Assembly (NCBI GenBank): GCA_048128005.1
Contig: JBEUKZ010000016.1
Span: forward strand, 434,001-498,000
Length of the DNA: 64,000 bases
Direction: 5' to 3'
Source of the DNA: Veleropilina oligotropha
Taxonomy: Eukaryota
Part shown: in pieces, positions 1 to 12,422 of the stretch
How positions within the stretch are numbered: the first letter of the stretch is position 1
Layout of the letters: each line of letters opens with the position of its first letter
Notes under the pieces: model-generated
Databases searched by the model: none
Seen by the model: only the letters and a program-made list of their open reading frames with translations
Told to the model about the DNA's origin: nothing
Translations under genes and position numbers: made by a program

Positions 1-59
1 ATATAGCTCCGCAACTTTAGAAAATTAGGCAGCACTATCCCATGTAATAGCATATGATA

Positions 60-1195
60 CCAATATGCAGGACAGTTGTCTTGACGAAATCCAAATTCCA
101 AGATGTACATATTTCTAATATTGCAGGATACATATTTCTAATATTGCAGGATAAGTTAAGAACATCATAAACAATGGTCATGCCAAATTAGAAAAAGTTG
201 TCAGACAGTTTCGGAGATAATCACATTAACTTGAGGTCAAAAGTTGACACAGAAGCAGATTTTCTAAGTCTAAAAAGGTAAATTTCCGAAAAACTGAGAC
301 GTAGATTTTTCTAATTTTTTGCAGGATATGATTAGAACATCATAAAGAAAGCTAATGCCACATACGAAAAAAAGTTATCTGACAGTTTCGGAGATATTCA
401 CATTTGAAGTCATAATTTTCCACACAAGCAGATTTTTTTTCATTTTTGCAGGATATGTTCAGGGAGGGAGGAATGATGCTTAATGTCCTGTATATTTACA
501 ACATCGAGGTTCAAGGCAGGACATGTCCGTGTTATCGCAGGAGGAAACCCCGGTCGCCTGGGTAAACCCGCCCTCTTTGGCCAGTCACGGACAACTGTGA
601 TTCATAACTTGAACAAATGTCAATGCCTCAGCCAGGTATTGAACCCACTACTGTTCGCATTAGCGGAATCAAGCCAGTGAATGTAGAGTGGACACTCTAC
701 CCACTGCGCTGCCGAAGCAGCCCCCCAGGATATGTTCAGAACATCATAAGGAACACTCATGCCAAATAAGGAACTAGAACACTCAGTCACATTTCGTTAA
801 GAAATGGCCTGTCTAGAGCGATCACGAGGAATCTCTCGGCGGTGGCCGTCTTGGATGTCGGACCACACCCTAAATCTATGTGTCGTGTCCTCACCCCAAC
901 CAATGGCAATGCACATATCAAAATTGAAAGCATTCCGTTAAGAAATGACCTATCTAGAGCAATGACAGCAGATTTTCTAAGTCCAAAAAGGTGAATTTCG
1001 GAAAAACCGAGACGTAGAATTTCCTAATATTTTCAAGATATGTTCAGAACATCACAAGGAAGGCTAATGCGAAAGTAAAAAATGTTATCAGACAGCTTTC
1101 AAGATATTAACATTTCAAGTAAAAAGTTGACGCCGGATGGACGACAGACGGACAAAGCAGTATCAGTATAGCTACGTCACAGTGGAGCTAAAAAG
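60..1195 (+). repeat. Non-autonomous tandem-repeat element (Helentron-associated/HINE-like), interrupted by the SINE and a family-B fragment
   Basis: Degenerate repeated units (gcagattttctaagtc...gacgtagatttt...ggatatgttcagaacatcataa) end in a GGACG/GACGG microsatellite and tatagct...agctaaaa. Confidence 0.45.
466..726 (-). mobile_element. tRNA-derived SINE (family A); further full or partial copies near 16690-16840, 45385-45540, 50070-50300, 52395-52740, 58370-60390, 61640-61830, 62145-62435
   Basis: Minus strand reads GGGGCTGCTTCGGCAGCGCAGTGGGTAG (A-box-like) ... GGGTTCAATACC (B-box-like), then a GGGTTTCCTCC core and a TAAGCATCATTCCTCCCTCCC tail. The same body recurs many times in the window. 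Confidence 0.7.
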
Positions 1196-1652
1196 CTCAA
1201 TTAGCTTAGGGACTTAATATCGCTAATTTACAAGGCCGCTAATACACAGGTTGAGAAATCGCTAAATTTTATGGCTGCGAAAATATAGGGGCTTATAATA
1301 CCTCTTCTGTTCTTTACAGCCATTTTGTCCATAATCGCAGTACATGATTAATGAAATACATGTACAAGTTCAATTAAAAAACAATATTTGTAGAATTATA
1401 ATACTTAGTGTTAAATATTGGTCTACTACAAAATGACTGTAGTGCTTAATTTGTCACTAATATGCCAAAACAATATTATTTATAAGTACTTTACTCACCA
1501 TGAGCTTGTGGGTCTTGAGATGTAAGCTCCTTGCTATCACTATCAGCAGTTTTGACATCGCCATCTAAAATTTATAAAGTGTATCATCATTTTGTTTAAT
1601 CAACATTAAATGGTCACGGTCACCAATCGAAACATTGATTGCCACAAAGGTG

Positions 1653-1836
1653 CTTATTACCGTGATCTGATGATAATGGTGCTTATTAATTACCGTGACC
1701 TGATGATAATGATGCTTATTAATTACCGTGACCTGATGATAATGGTGCTTATTAATTACCATGACCTGATGATAATGGTGCTTATTACCGTGATCTGATG
1801 ATAATGGTGCTTATTTATTACCGTGATCTGATGATA
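1653..1836. repeat. ~33-bp minisatellite, about 6 copies
   Basis: Unit ttattaattaccgtgacctgatgataatggtgc is seen directly. Confidence 0.9.
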
Positions 1837-2689
1837 ACTTGTGTGTTCTACATGATTAAGCCATTATGATCCATCCAAAGTTTCATTAGTACTAGTAACT
1901 TTAATGAGGAAAATCAATTTTAAAACATGACCATGTCGAATTATAATGCAAAATTTAACTGCTGGATAATTATAATGGTACATTGGATATAGGGATCCAG
2001 CACCAAGTTTATAACGTTATCTATTTTAACGAGTCAGCGAAGCGTGTACCGTGAAAGTCAGAAATCCACAACTGCAGGGTAGTCCCAATTATGCCAGTTT
2101 TGATAGTTCAACTCGCATTTTTTAAACATACTCAAGTAGTGTTTAAGAAAATGGCTACATTTATTCATTTTTAACCTACTTACCATTAGCTTGCGTTCTA
2201 CTGAACTCCAATTGAAACTTATCAATGCTAGCAGAACTGGCAGCTTGATCTGAAAATTATAAATTGTACGTTGCATGCCATATTCATATATATATATTAT
2301 TATTATTATGTATACATGTATCGTATGTTGTGATATGAACCTGAAGGTTGGTTGGACACTAACTAAAAAGTGACAAATTTTAACATTAGAACTGGAGGTT
2401 CATTTTTTGTAATAAGTTGGGAATTGATAAGTTAAAGGAAATTGTTATTTCCAGTCATTGATAACCATGGTAACGGTGGTCATCTTGGATTTGTACATGC
2501 ATTCTTAGAAAATCTATCATTTGAATATGTATTTTTCTTCATTCTTATTGCATAATCATGATTGTATGGTGTAATAAAAGGGAAGAACACACCACAAAAA
2601 TGACATTATTATTATTATCCCTATTTTAGATAACAATTATGGCTATTTCTGGGAAAAAGGCAAATTATTTTTTTTTTAAATCATTATAT

Positions 2690-3663
2690 CTAAAACAAGA
2701 AGTGTGGGAGCCACACATTATCCCATCTAATCGGGTTTGTCGTAATTGATGGAGTGTACATTTTTAAGTTAATAAAGGTGAATAACTGTGCACATTGTAA
2801 CGTCACTGTCAAAATTTTAGCAAAATGTAACATGACCCCCTGTGTTTTATTTGCAACACAGTCACAAGATGCGAACAATATCTGATTCGAGGTTATGAAG
2901 ATAATTGACGGAAACTAAATATTTATGTCGAAAAAGGTAGACAACTGTGGGAATATTTGTCGAAGTTCTGCCGAAATTGAATTGATCTCCGACCTATTAT
3001 TTGGAAATCAGCCATAAGATTTGAACGACATCCGATGCGCGGTCATGAAGACAATTGATGGAAACAAAATGTTTATGTAAATAAGGGGGCATAACTGGGG
3101 AAATATTTAGCGAAATAATACCAAATTCAATAGGCATCTAGTGTATGTACCAAGAAACCTGCATACCAAATTTGAACTCCCTAGTCATCATGGGTTTGGC
3201 GATATCCTGTTTACGTAGTCATAAACGAATGTTTTATGTCGAAAAATGGTGATAACTGTGCAAATATTTGTCTAAATAATATCAAATTCCATAGAAACCT
3301 CATTTATGTCCCACTAAACCTGCATACCAAATTTGGACCCCATCTATTATGCTTTTCCTGATATCCTGTTCACGTCGTGAGGAACGAAGTTTTTATGTCG
3401 AAAAAGGGGGATAACTTTGCAAATATTTGTCGGAATGATATCAAATTAAATAAGACCAAATTTGAATCAAATTGGATTAAAATATTTCACGGTAAAGCGC
3501 GCACATAAAAGCTAATCTTTGATCTGAAAACGACGAAAATCGTTAAGTTGACTATTGTCCGGGAATACAACTAGAAAATCCTCGACCTAGCAAGTTGCAC
3601 AGTGAAAATTGATAGGCGGTGTGTCCTCATCATAACTAACATGCATTCCAAATTTGAATCAAG
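2690..3663 (+). repeat. Host tandem-repeat element that is the integration target of the virus; it resumes at 31589
   Basis: Degenerate ~160-bp units with ccaaatttgaa. Joining across the virus gives ccaaatttgaatcaagtcagattagaattttacactgtagagcgcacgcaag, which parallels the uninterrupted unit at ~3457-3510. Confidence 0.6.
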
Positions 3664-3815
3664 AGCAGCAGGGGGGGTGACCATACCTTTTATCTGGGGG
3701 CGCGGCGAGGGAAATTAAGGCTCCCAGCACTTTTTCAGAATTAATATGGATCTCAACTCAGCAGCAGGGGGGGGTGATTGGACTTTTTAGAATGGGAAAA
3801 TACAGCGCCCAGCAC
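3664..3815 (+). repeat. Left terminal inverted repeat (152 bp; degenerate similarity continues to ~4000)
   Basis: Reverse complement of 31438-31588, identical except for one G in a homopolymer run. Confidence 0.97.
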
Positions 3816-4305
3816 TATTTCAGAACTCAGGGTAGCTCGGACTAGTCAGCAGGGGAGTTTAGACTAGGGCCCCGGGGCGACCGGGAAGGCTCCCAGCTAT
3901 ATTTCAGACCCCAGGGTATATCGTGTATTACAAAAAAGTTACCGTGTGTACAGCGACATAGAGCCCCCAGGGACGGCCCACTACCCTCGCCGGCCCGGGC
4001 TCCTCAGTTATGCGAGCAGTAGCAGGGGGGGTGAGTTTGATTTCGTGCAACTCCCTTTCTACCGTCTTTGGTCTTCTTCTTATATATCGCTTGTTCACCA
4101 TTGTCGAGTACAACGATCAAAACGTTATAGCCCCGGTTTAAGAGGTTTTTAACGCGCCTGAAGCTCCGTTCGCTGTACAGCGTAATAATGTCTTCCTGTG
4201 GCATGTTGCTTTCAAGTATAACTACACAACGTCTAACATGCCGGTTATTTCTCACCGGGCTCGATATCTTAGTGTCATAATATCTATTAGAGACTGGTAT
4301 ATACA

Positions 4306-4599
4306 ATGATAACCGCTATCAATATGTGGGGAACGGACACCTGTCAATGGCTCACCATCAGCTCCACGGAGCTATGTGGTAAGAGATGTCTGAACACGTA
4401 TTGCAAAGTCCATCTGGCTCGGCAACGGCGAAATGGCCGGGGCACAAAACCCTGCAGCAAATGCGGGAAGGGCGTTTTCAACCGGCTTACGTTGTGTAAG
4501 GGCTGTGGGTATAAGAGTGAGAACGGTATGGACTGGCAACGAAAGAAAAGGGCCTTCGAGAGAGAGTTTCTCCGCATGGCTGCAATTTACCACGCGTAA
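4306..4599 (+). CDS. Small Cys/His-rich (putative zinc-binding) viral protein, 97 aa
   Basis: Pattern CQW..CGKRC...YCKVH...CSKC...CKGC with a basic C-terminus; lies just upstream of the replication gene. Confidence 0.65.
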   Translation: MITAINMWGTDTCQWLTISSTELCGKRCLNTYCKVHLARQRRNGRGTKPCSKCGKGVFNRLTLCKGCGYKSENGMDWQRKKRAFEREFLRMAAIYHA

Positions 4600-4647
4600 A
4601 TTTCATATTAGAGAAGTAAAGATCCTAGTGTGTACCCCCCCAGCAAC

Positions 4648-6393
4648 ATGGATGACCTGCGCAATCTAGCGAAAGATTATGGGATTCCCGCTCGGTCGAA
4701 GCTCAAGAAGCACGACCTCATCAGGGCAATCGCCAGGGTCCGTGCTGCGGAGTTTCGGAGCAGACTCGAGCGGGCGATGAAAACGGGAAGGTTCCCCTCC
4801 ATACGTGGAGATGTGGAGAACCCCCACAAAAGAGGCCGACGTGCTCGCGAGTTGCGGCAGATTAAGGACGAGGTCGACGCCGCCCTGCAGGCTCGTAAAT
4901 ACGAATCCCAGGCTGAGAAAAATCCCAGGATTCGACTGAAGCCACTTCGCGCCATCACGGATCGAATCGTCAAGCGGTCTCGGAAAGAGACCCTTGCCCA
5001 TGCTATTGCTCGGAAGGGGCCCGATCTTCTCATCTCCAAAATGCCCCGGACAGCCCAGGACTACCAGAAGGATCTTCTAGGGCAATTTACCACACCCGAG
5101 GGACAACGATTCATCGACCTGGATGACCAGGTCCCTCCCCCAGTAAGGCTCCCAGCAAAAGAGCCATGGGTGGAACTCTTGAGCGACGCCAAAGACGAGT
5201 TTGAGGTCGATGGCGCCGCGGCGGCTTTCTCCACATGGAGGGTAGAAGTGGCTGGACGGCTGGCCCTGGATGCCCGTATGACAGATGCAAGGGCGGCACA
5301 GCTCCTCACAGCCCTTCCAAAGGGCGAGTATGTCCTTAGAATAAAGTTCTTGCGTGAGTGGGGTGAAGGTGACTGGGTGGTCGAAGACAAGTTTGACCCG
5401 GTGAAAGCTGCGAGGAAGAAGGGCCAGGGTGTCTTTGAGATCTCTCAGGACACTAAGCCGGGTGCTATCACTGGGGTCGACAAGGTCTACTACGAGAATG
5501 CCTACCCGGTCACTGCAGTCGTCTACGGCGTCTATCCTCTCAGAGAACCAAACCCCGCCAACCTGGTTCCGATGAAGAACGGCGACCTCAACTGCGTTGC
5601 CCAACGAGTGGTTGAGCACTTCGAAGGTGCCCTTAGAGGACACGGACTCACCCCGACAAGGCGGCAGAAAATACTGGAGTGGGAAGAGCGAGTCCATGTA
5701 ACAGGCGCCACTGTGGATGATATAGCTACCCTCGAGAAGATCCTCAAACGGGCGATCACCTTGAGAGACATTGCAGGTGCCGACATCTACAACAGTGGGA
5801 AATACCAGGCCAGTATGTGGAAGTCCATAGAACTCATCTGTCACAACGGCCACGCCTGGTCGAAGGACCTACACTTCCCGCAGTCTCGCGAGGTCCACCT
5901 GTATGAGGGCGATGTCTGGGAAGCTATCCGACAAGCCACACAGAACGAGCCATTGGCTGTCTGGCTCCTAGGCGGTAAAGACCGACAGCTCAGCGTGGAC
6001 CAGTTCGTGCTTCAGGACGGCCGCACGTACAGGACAAAAGAGACTCACGAGATACTCCAAGAAGCCTGTACAGCGCTGGGAAACGAGTCCCTAGCCGATC
6101 GAGCCTTTGGCGTGAACCATGCAGCTAGCATTATGGCCAAAGAGACCAACGGCTGGAAACCGACCCCAGCGGGCCTGCTCGATGACATCCAGAAGGCCTG
6201 TGTAGAGCATGGCCACGGCGGCCTGTGGAATTCCATGAATTACGACACGGGCGATGTCTGCTGCATCGATATGAAATCCTGCTACCCTGCAAGCTTTCTG
6301 GGGAAGGGCGAGGCTAAGCCCTATTTCGAAAGATTCGGACACCCACTCCACAGCATGACCCGGGTCGCAATTAACGGTCCTCTACCCCAAGAT
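4648..6393 (+). pseudogene. 5' part of the interrupted viral replication polyprotein: Rho-N-like HEH, OTU-like domain, start of a family-B DNA polymerase
   Basis: N-terminal LRNLAKDYGIPARSKLKKHDLIRAI (Rho-N/HEH-like); GDLNC ... NGHAW (OTU-like Cys/His); IDMKSCYPAS (PolB motif A). Cut by the CACTA insertion at 6394. Confidence 0.85.
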
Positions 6394-9300
6394 CACTACT
6401 GCATGCAGCACCCATGAACTGGTCATGAATTTATCATGGCCTAATACCATGAAATTTTCAGGGGAAAATCATTGCATTTCCCCATGAAAAGAGCACCCTT
6501 TTCATGACCATGAATCTATACAGACCGCTTTTCATGGGCCTTAAAATTCGCACGATATTAAGAATTCATGACCATGAACAAATAATTCTGGGCCGTGAAA
6601 TATACGCTTATTTTCATGGCCATTGAATACACGGGGGGAAAAATCATGGTAATGAATAAAAAAATAACGGCCATGAAATGAAGCATTGTTTCAAAATATT
6701 CATGGGAAACATCATGGCAATGATTAAAATTAAACATTCATGGTCCCACATTCATGGTAAGCTGCCTGCTGAAATTCCCATGAAAAGGGTCACTTTTTCA
6801 TGACCCCCATGAAATTATACGTTTTTCAATGCCATGAAATAAAACACATGTGAGGTTATTCATGGCCATGACAGAAAGACACAGCTCCGATTATTCATGG
6901 TCATGACAGAAAGACACAGATCTGATTTTTCGTTCGTCTGTTTACGTTTGACAATTTAATGCACATACCAAATTTGAAAACATTCCATTAAGAAACGGCC
7001 TGTCTAGCTATCGAGTGATCCAATGGCATTATGTACATGTATATATACCAAATTTGAAAACATTCCATCAAATCGTAAGAATCGACCTGTCTGGAGTGAT
7101 CACAAAGAATTGTGCGTTAAAATCCAAGATGGTGGCCACAGCGAAAATTATGTCTTTTCCTCATCCCAATGAATGCATATATCAAATCTGAAAACAATTT
7201 GTTACGAAATGACTTGCAAGTGTCTAGAGCGATCACGAGGAATCTCTTGGCAGCAGAAGCTGTGTAACAGATGCAACACCATAGTATTTCATTTCAAGAG
7301 ATACAATAATATAATATAAATTAAAATATCAAGTGCACGATTGCAATGGTGGCATAATTATTGTCCTGTTTCAGAGCTATGGTCGTATTATATTAGAGCA
7401 TGTCCATATTATCATGTAGAAGGACAGACCGGAATATATGGCGAGACCCACCCAATTCCACCGGCTATGGTTTGGACTAATGTTTAATGCCTTGTGCGTA
7501 CGTGCATATTATATGTATAACCTTTAAGTTCAATCCAGTACATTTCCATATTATATATCTCGCCCTCCGACAAGTAACGGACAACTGTAACAGTTACAAT
7601 AAATATATTGTCACAAACATCTTTACCAAGTTTGGTGAAGAATTGCTTGTCATTGCACAAACATGTCAATTGAACATCATCAAAGATAGAGAGCCATAAG
7701 TTTGGTTCAAACAGATCAATAATGTCAGAAATCGTTATGCGTCGTGAACCCATGCCTTCATAACTGATGTCACATCATCATGGTGTACCAAATTTGAAGA
7801 AAATCGGATTATAACTGTTGACTGTAGAGCATCTACAAGAAATCTCTGCTGCGTAGAAACTGCATAGTACTGTATACTATACCAGACTATTGTCCGGGGA
7901 CACAATAAGCTGTCTACCAACTTATATTACCGTGGACAGTCAATAATCAACAATAACGTTTTTACACAAAACGTTTAATTTGAATAAAACAATTATTACA
8001 AATTAAAAACGAAAGTAAATATTCAATTTACATTATTTTTCTAACTTACGTACGTACTACGCATATTTATGTAAAATGTATTACAAACTGAATACAAACC
8101 ATCTGATACCTATATATTATGTTGCCTTCAAATCCATATATATATTATATATCTACTGTCTGTCTGTATGTCCCGGTCAACTTAAAGAAGTCCATTAATT
8201 ATATGTATCAAGTTTTGCATATAGATATTCAGTAATTTCTGTGCAATCTTTTTTTATATCAAATGCTTTGTCATTAACACTGTACTCGAAATATTTTTCT
8301 ATGTCAGTTTTACAGAAGAGAAACTTATAATTTGGATTTTTTTACAATATCTGAACTGTTTAATTTTACCATTTTGGGAGTTATTTTCAATATTTTCAGA
8401 TTTTGACTTAAAGTTTCCAGATCTGTCAATGGAGCCAGACAACTTGTTACACCTATTTCTGTCTCTAAACAGAGATAAATTTTTGTACACCTCCACTCCA
8501 TGATAACAGGCCTACATTTTGCTAAACGATTGCCTGTGTTAACAACAAGCACTAACCGTCACGGTTTTTATCTCAGATGTTATTTTCTTGTCGGTATACT
8601 CTTTATTCTGCTGCTTTTTGGCTTTCACATTGGTTATATTCAATTTTTGTGTAGATGTTACATTTTTATATACACGTGTAGGGAAATTAACAGGCAATCC
8701 TGGTTTATCTGTGACATGTGAAGTTGTTCCTGTGACGTTGTTTTCGGTAGAACTACCAGTTATGATTGTTTGGACACTTGCTGATTGCCCAGCCTCTCGA
8801 ATCTTCTGTATTTTGGGTTGCTTATTAGTTACTTTCTGATTAGAAATAGCTTTGGTAGATTTATCATGATCAGGCAATCGCGTTTTATCTACTGCAAGTC
8901 TTGTTTCTGTGAGATATGCGGTCTTCCATAAAAATATGGATTTTAGTGCAAGAGAACTAAAATTAGAAATTTTACCCGTATTATCATACAGTTCTATATT
9001 CTCTTGAACGCATTTCTTCTTTAAAAGTACTTCAGAAAAGATAGCATCTTTCTGTCTAATAAACGTCCCTTGTCCTATAGTAACACCAATTGCTTGATTC
9101 AGGATGCTCACCCGAGCACCTGCCACCAAATCAGATTTTGGAGCAATACTTATAGGCTCCATTAGTTTATATTTTTTGACAACAGAACTGTCACTATTTA
9201 CACTTATTGCAGACAAGTCATGATCAGAGAGTGATCGCCGACGGCATCCTCGTCCATTTTTCCCCTGTACTTTATCAAGAAGGTATTTGCTTCGATTTTG

Positions 9301-9510
9301 AAGCATTCGTGACAGTTCTTGCCAAATTTCCTTTTTGTTGTAGGTGCTGTCTTTGTCGGCTTTTTCAATTGCATTGAAGAACTCCACTTTCTTTTCAGGT
9401 GAAATATCATCAATCTGATAAGCCTTTTTCCATATGCGAGAGACTTTTGCAGCATCACGTAATAACATATGCAGTTCCTTACGAGACGGTTCCGCTTTGA
9501 TACTAGTACT

Positions 9511-10081
9511 CACAGAGGCCGGTAACGTTGCTTATCGTTCATCTGTTTCCGTTTGACGATTGGCGCAGTTCATTGTTACAATATAATCTAGACAAGGGAG
9601 GACACTAAGGACGGGACACATGATGCATCATCCCGACATTTCACTGAATTATTTCATTTGTCAAAAGATGTTGGTTTGAATAGTGACCAATGACCAGCGT
9701 GTGCTGCTCTCTACTCGATAACATGACGAATAAATTGCAAATTACGCGTATTTAACAATTGGCGTTGACACTATCGATAACTAGGTTGTTCAACAAACAA
9801 TATATTGAAAAAATGAACTTACATACCTCTTGCAAACAATTACTAAGTCTCTCTTGTAAACAACAACTAAATAAACGGGACACATGACCCTTCTTCCCGA
9901 ATTTGACATATTCAAACCAACATCTTTTGACAAATGAAATAATTAAGTGAAATGTCGGGATGATTCATCATGTTTCCTGTCCTTAGTGTCCTCCCTTGTC
10001 TACATTATATAGTAACAATGAACTTCGCCAATCGCCAAACGGAAACAAGACGAACGATAAGCAACGTTACGGGCCCCTGTG
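9511..10081. mobile_element. MITE, 571 bp, ~165-bp imperfect TIRs, 8-bp TSD (P- or hAT-like)
   Basis: Ends CACAGAGGCC...GGCCCCTGTG; TSD CTAGTACT at 9503-9510 and 10082-10089. Confidence 0.9.
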
Positions 10082-11705
10082 CTAGTACTTGCGCCATCAT
10101 TAATAGACCTTGCTGTATTTTGATACGGCTCTGTAATACCAGCGTTGGAAATTGGAATCCTGAAAATAAGGAATCAACATGTTTGAACCTTTTTATTTTA
10201 CTTGACGACACTTCCAAACCATCTTGCTTAAAGGATTTGTGAACCGATTAAAAATAATCAATCATGATACCTGCATCGCATTTTACTTATGCTGTCATTT
10301 GTTTCGAAAAGCATACGACTGCTGGTTTCAATATTAAATGCAATTTCTTTATTCATACAGCATAATACCTGACCGATGTTTCCGAAAATAATCAACTTTT
10401 AATTATTGACAACATTGGTGAAGTCACATGGCAGAAAGGTATTTCCCTTTCCTGAGTAACTAATTTATAACTTAAAATGGTTTTCATTATATGGCATGTT
10501 CAGAGATCTAAAGCATGGTGCCACCTAAATGTTTTGCCAGACGTTTGCAAAAATGTGACTTTATTGTATGAACAAACAAGTCAAATAGAACAAATGCGAA
10601 CTGTCACGCCGACCTTGCACAGCACATCTGACAGGAATATTATATTTATGCAATCAAGCCACAAATTGGATATATATAATCTTTAGTTCACAAATCCTTT
10701 AATTTAAATTAATTAAATCCTCTCTTGATTGTGCAGAAAATTCAACAAAAAGCATTTAGTTTATTCTTTTAAATTTGAATTATGTATACATAAACTCATG
10801 TAGAAAATATCAAATTGACATGGCTCGGACATTTAACATTGATTCGTTACAGGGCGTCGGGCCACATGGTGGTTCAACACGGAGTATCAATGCTTTCAAG
10901 ATTGAGATTTGAACTGAAGAAAACGTAAACAACTGTTGATACAGAATTAGATATTTGTATGTAAAATTTACATGCAATAATAGATAAAAGACCATGGATT
11001 TTCATTTTAAGCTGTTAGCACGTGTATATAAAAACCGATTTTCACGTGTCAAACTTTATTGACCCTGATTTGATAATCATGCTATGTGAAGTGAAGACAT
11101 CATTGATTACTATTAAGACGCAAGGATCCACCTGATCTGGAAGGAACTCTCCATTGCTTGGAACTCTACTAGGACACCACCCTCTCGATGGGGTGGAACC
11201 GTATCATTTTTTTGGCTGACATTGTGATCATCTGATCTAGCTTGGTATACAGTATCCAAACATGCAAATCAATGCTCATACACATCTGCTTTGCTTGGTG
11301 TTTACAGTGCTTAATATTTTGACAAAATTCAGAATGAATCATAGTTGACCAAATTATTATCCAATATAAACTAAAACGCTCAGTCACGAGTGACCGCATA
11401 TCATTATGTACCCCCCAGTAAATCCAAGATGGCAGCCATCTTTGAGGTTGGACCACAATTCGAAATATGTGCCGTGTCCTCGATACAACCCATGTTCATA
11501 CCAAATTTGAAAGCATTTCGTTAAGAAATGACCTGTCTTGGGAGATCACAAGAAATCTCTCGCCGGCGAATGCGGTGGCCACCTTGGATGACGAATGCCG
11601 CCAGAAATCTATAGGCATCGTGTCCTCACCCCAACCAATGTACATACCAAATTTGAAAACATTCTGTTAAGAAATGACCATCCCCCCTGATACATTTGCA
11701 TCACA

Positions 11706-12039
11706 TGCTGTAAAGCTTCTAATAGGCTCCGGGGTATGATTGTATTGAAATTGATTGGCGACGAGTTAGTAAAAAATGTCCCGATGGGGCATGCCGATGC
11801 GCAACAATAAAAGTGTTCACTTAGTTAGTGACCAATATCCACGTGCTGTCTGTCGCATTCTTAAGAACAAGTGACAAGTTGTGAATACAATTACTAGAAG
11901 CAATTGAGGACAAAATGTTGAACTATAAAATTATAATCAACAAAATTAATAACTGGGACTCCAATATTGAATAGACGCCGGCTTAACGAGCTACGTGAAA
12001 ATATTTAGCGTCCATGTGCCTATTAGAAGCTTTACGGTA
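11706..12039. mobile_element. Small MITE-like element
   Basis: Inverted ends ctgtaaagcttctaataggc / gcctattagaagctttacgg. Confidence 0.65.
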
Positions 12040-12242
12040 AGTGTGAGGCACATGCTGATCAATTATTATTATTGAACTTCATCTGAACAAATTTCTAATT
12101 TTTGAAGGACTTTAATTGGGCTATTTTTTAACCACCCCTAAGGGCCCTTTATAAATATATATATTTATTTATATATTTAAAGCATAGAACGCAGATTATG
12201 GAGTTCAAGCTGAAGGCACCTGAAATGAAGACCAATACATAA

Positions 12243-12422
12243 TGTAAAACCCTATATTTTAGCGGCCATAAAATTTCTCATATACCTGTATATTAGCGGC
12301 CTTGTAAATTAGCGATTTTTAATCCACATGTTAATTGAACTTTATTCACATTTTCGCGATAATATTAGGTACGCGAAACTCGTGATAATAAAAGGCACTC
12401 TAAAATATAGGGTTTTACAGTA
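12243..12422. mobile_element. Small MITE-like element (partial related copy near 1190-1297)
   Basis: Inverted ends tgtaaaaccctatattttag / ctaaaatatagggttttaca. Confidence 0.65.

Noticed and set aside
4004..4306. 100-aa minus-strand ORF beside the left TIR
   Set aside because: Non-ATG start, no motif, runs into the terminal repeat motif; cannot be supported.
4666..6351. Antisense and alternative-frame ORFs within viral genes (also 18495-20570, 22693-23611, 24568-26002, 27277-28130)
   Set aside because: Shadow ORFs expected in GC-rich coding DNA; no motifs, and they overlap better-supported genes.
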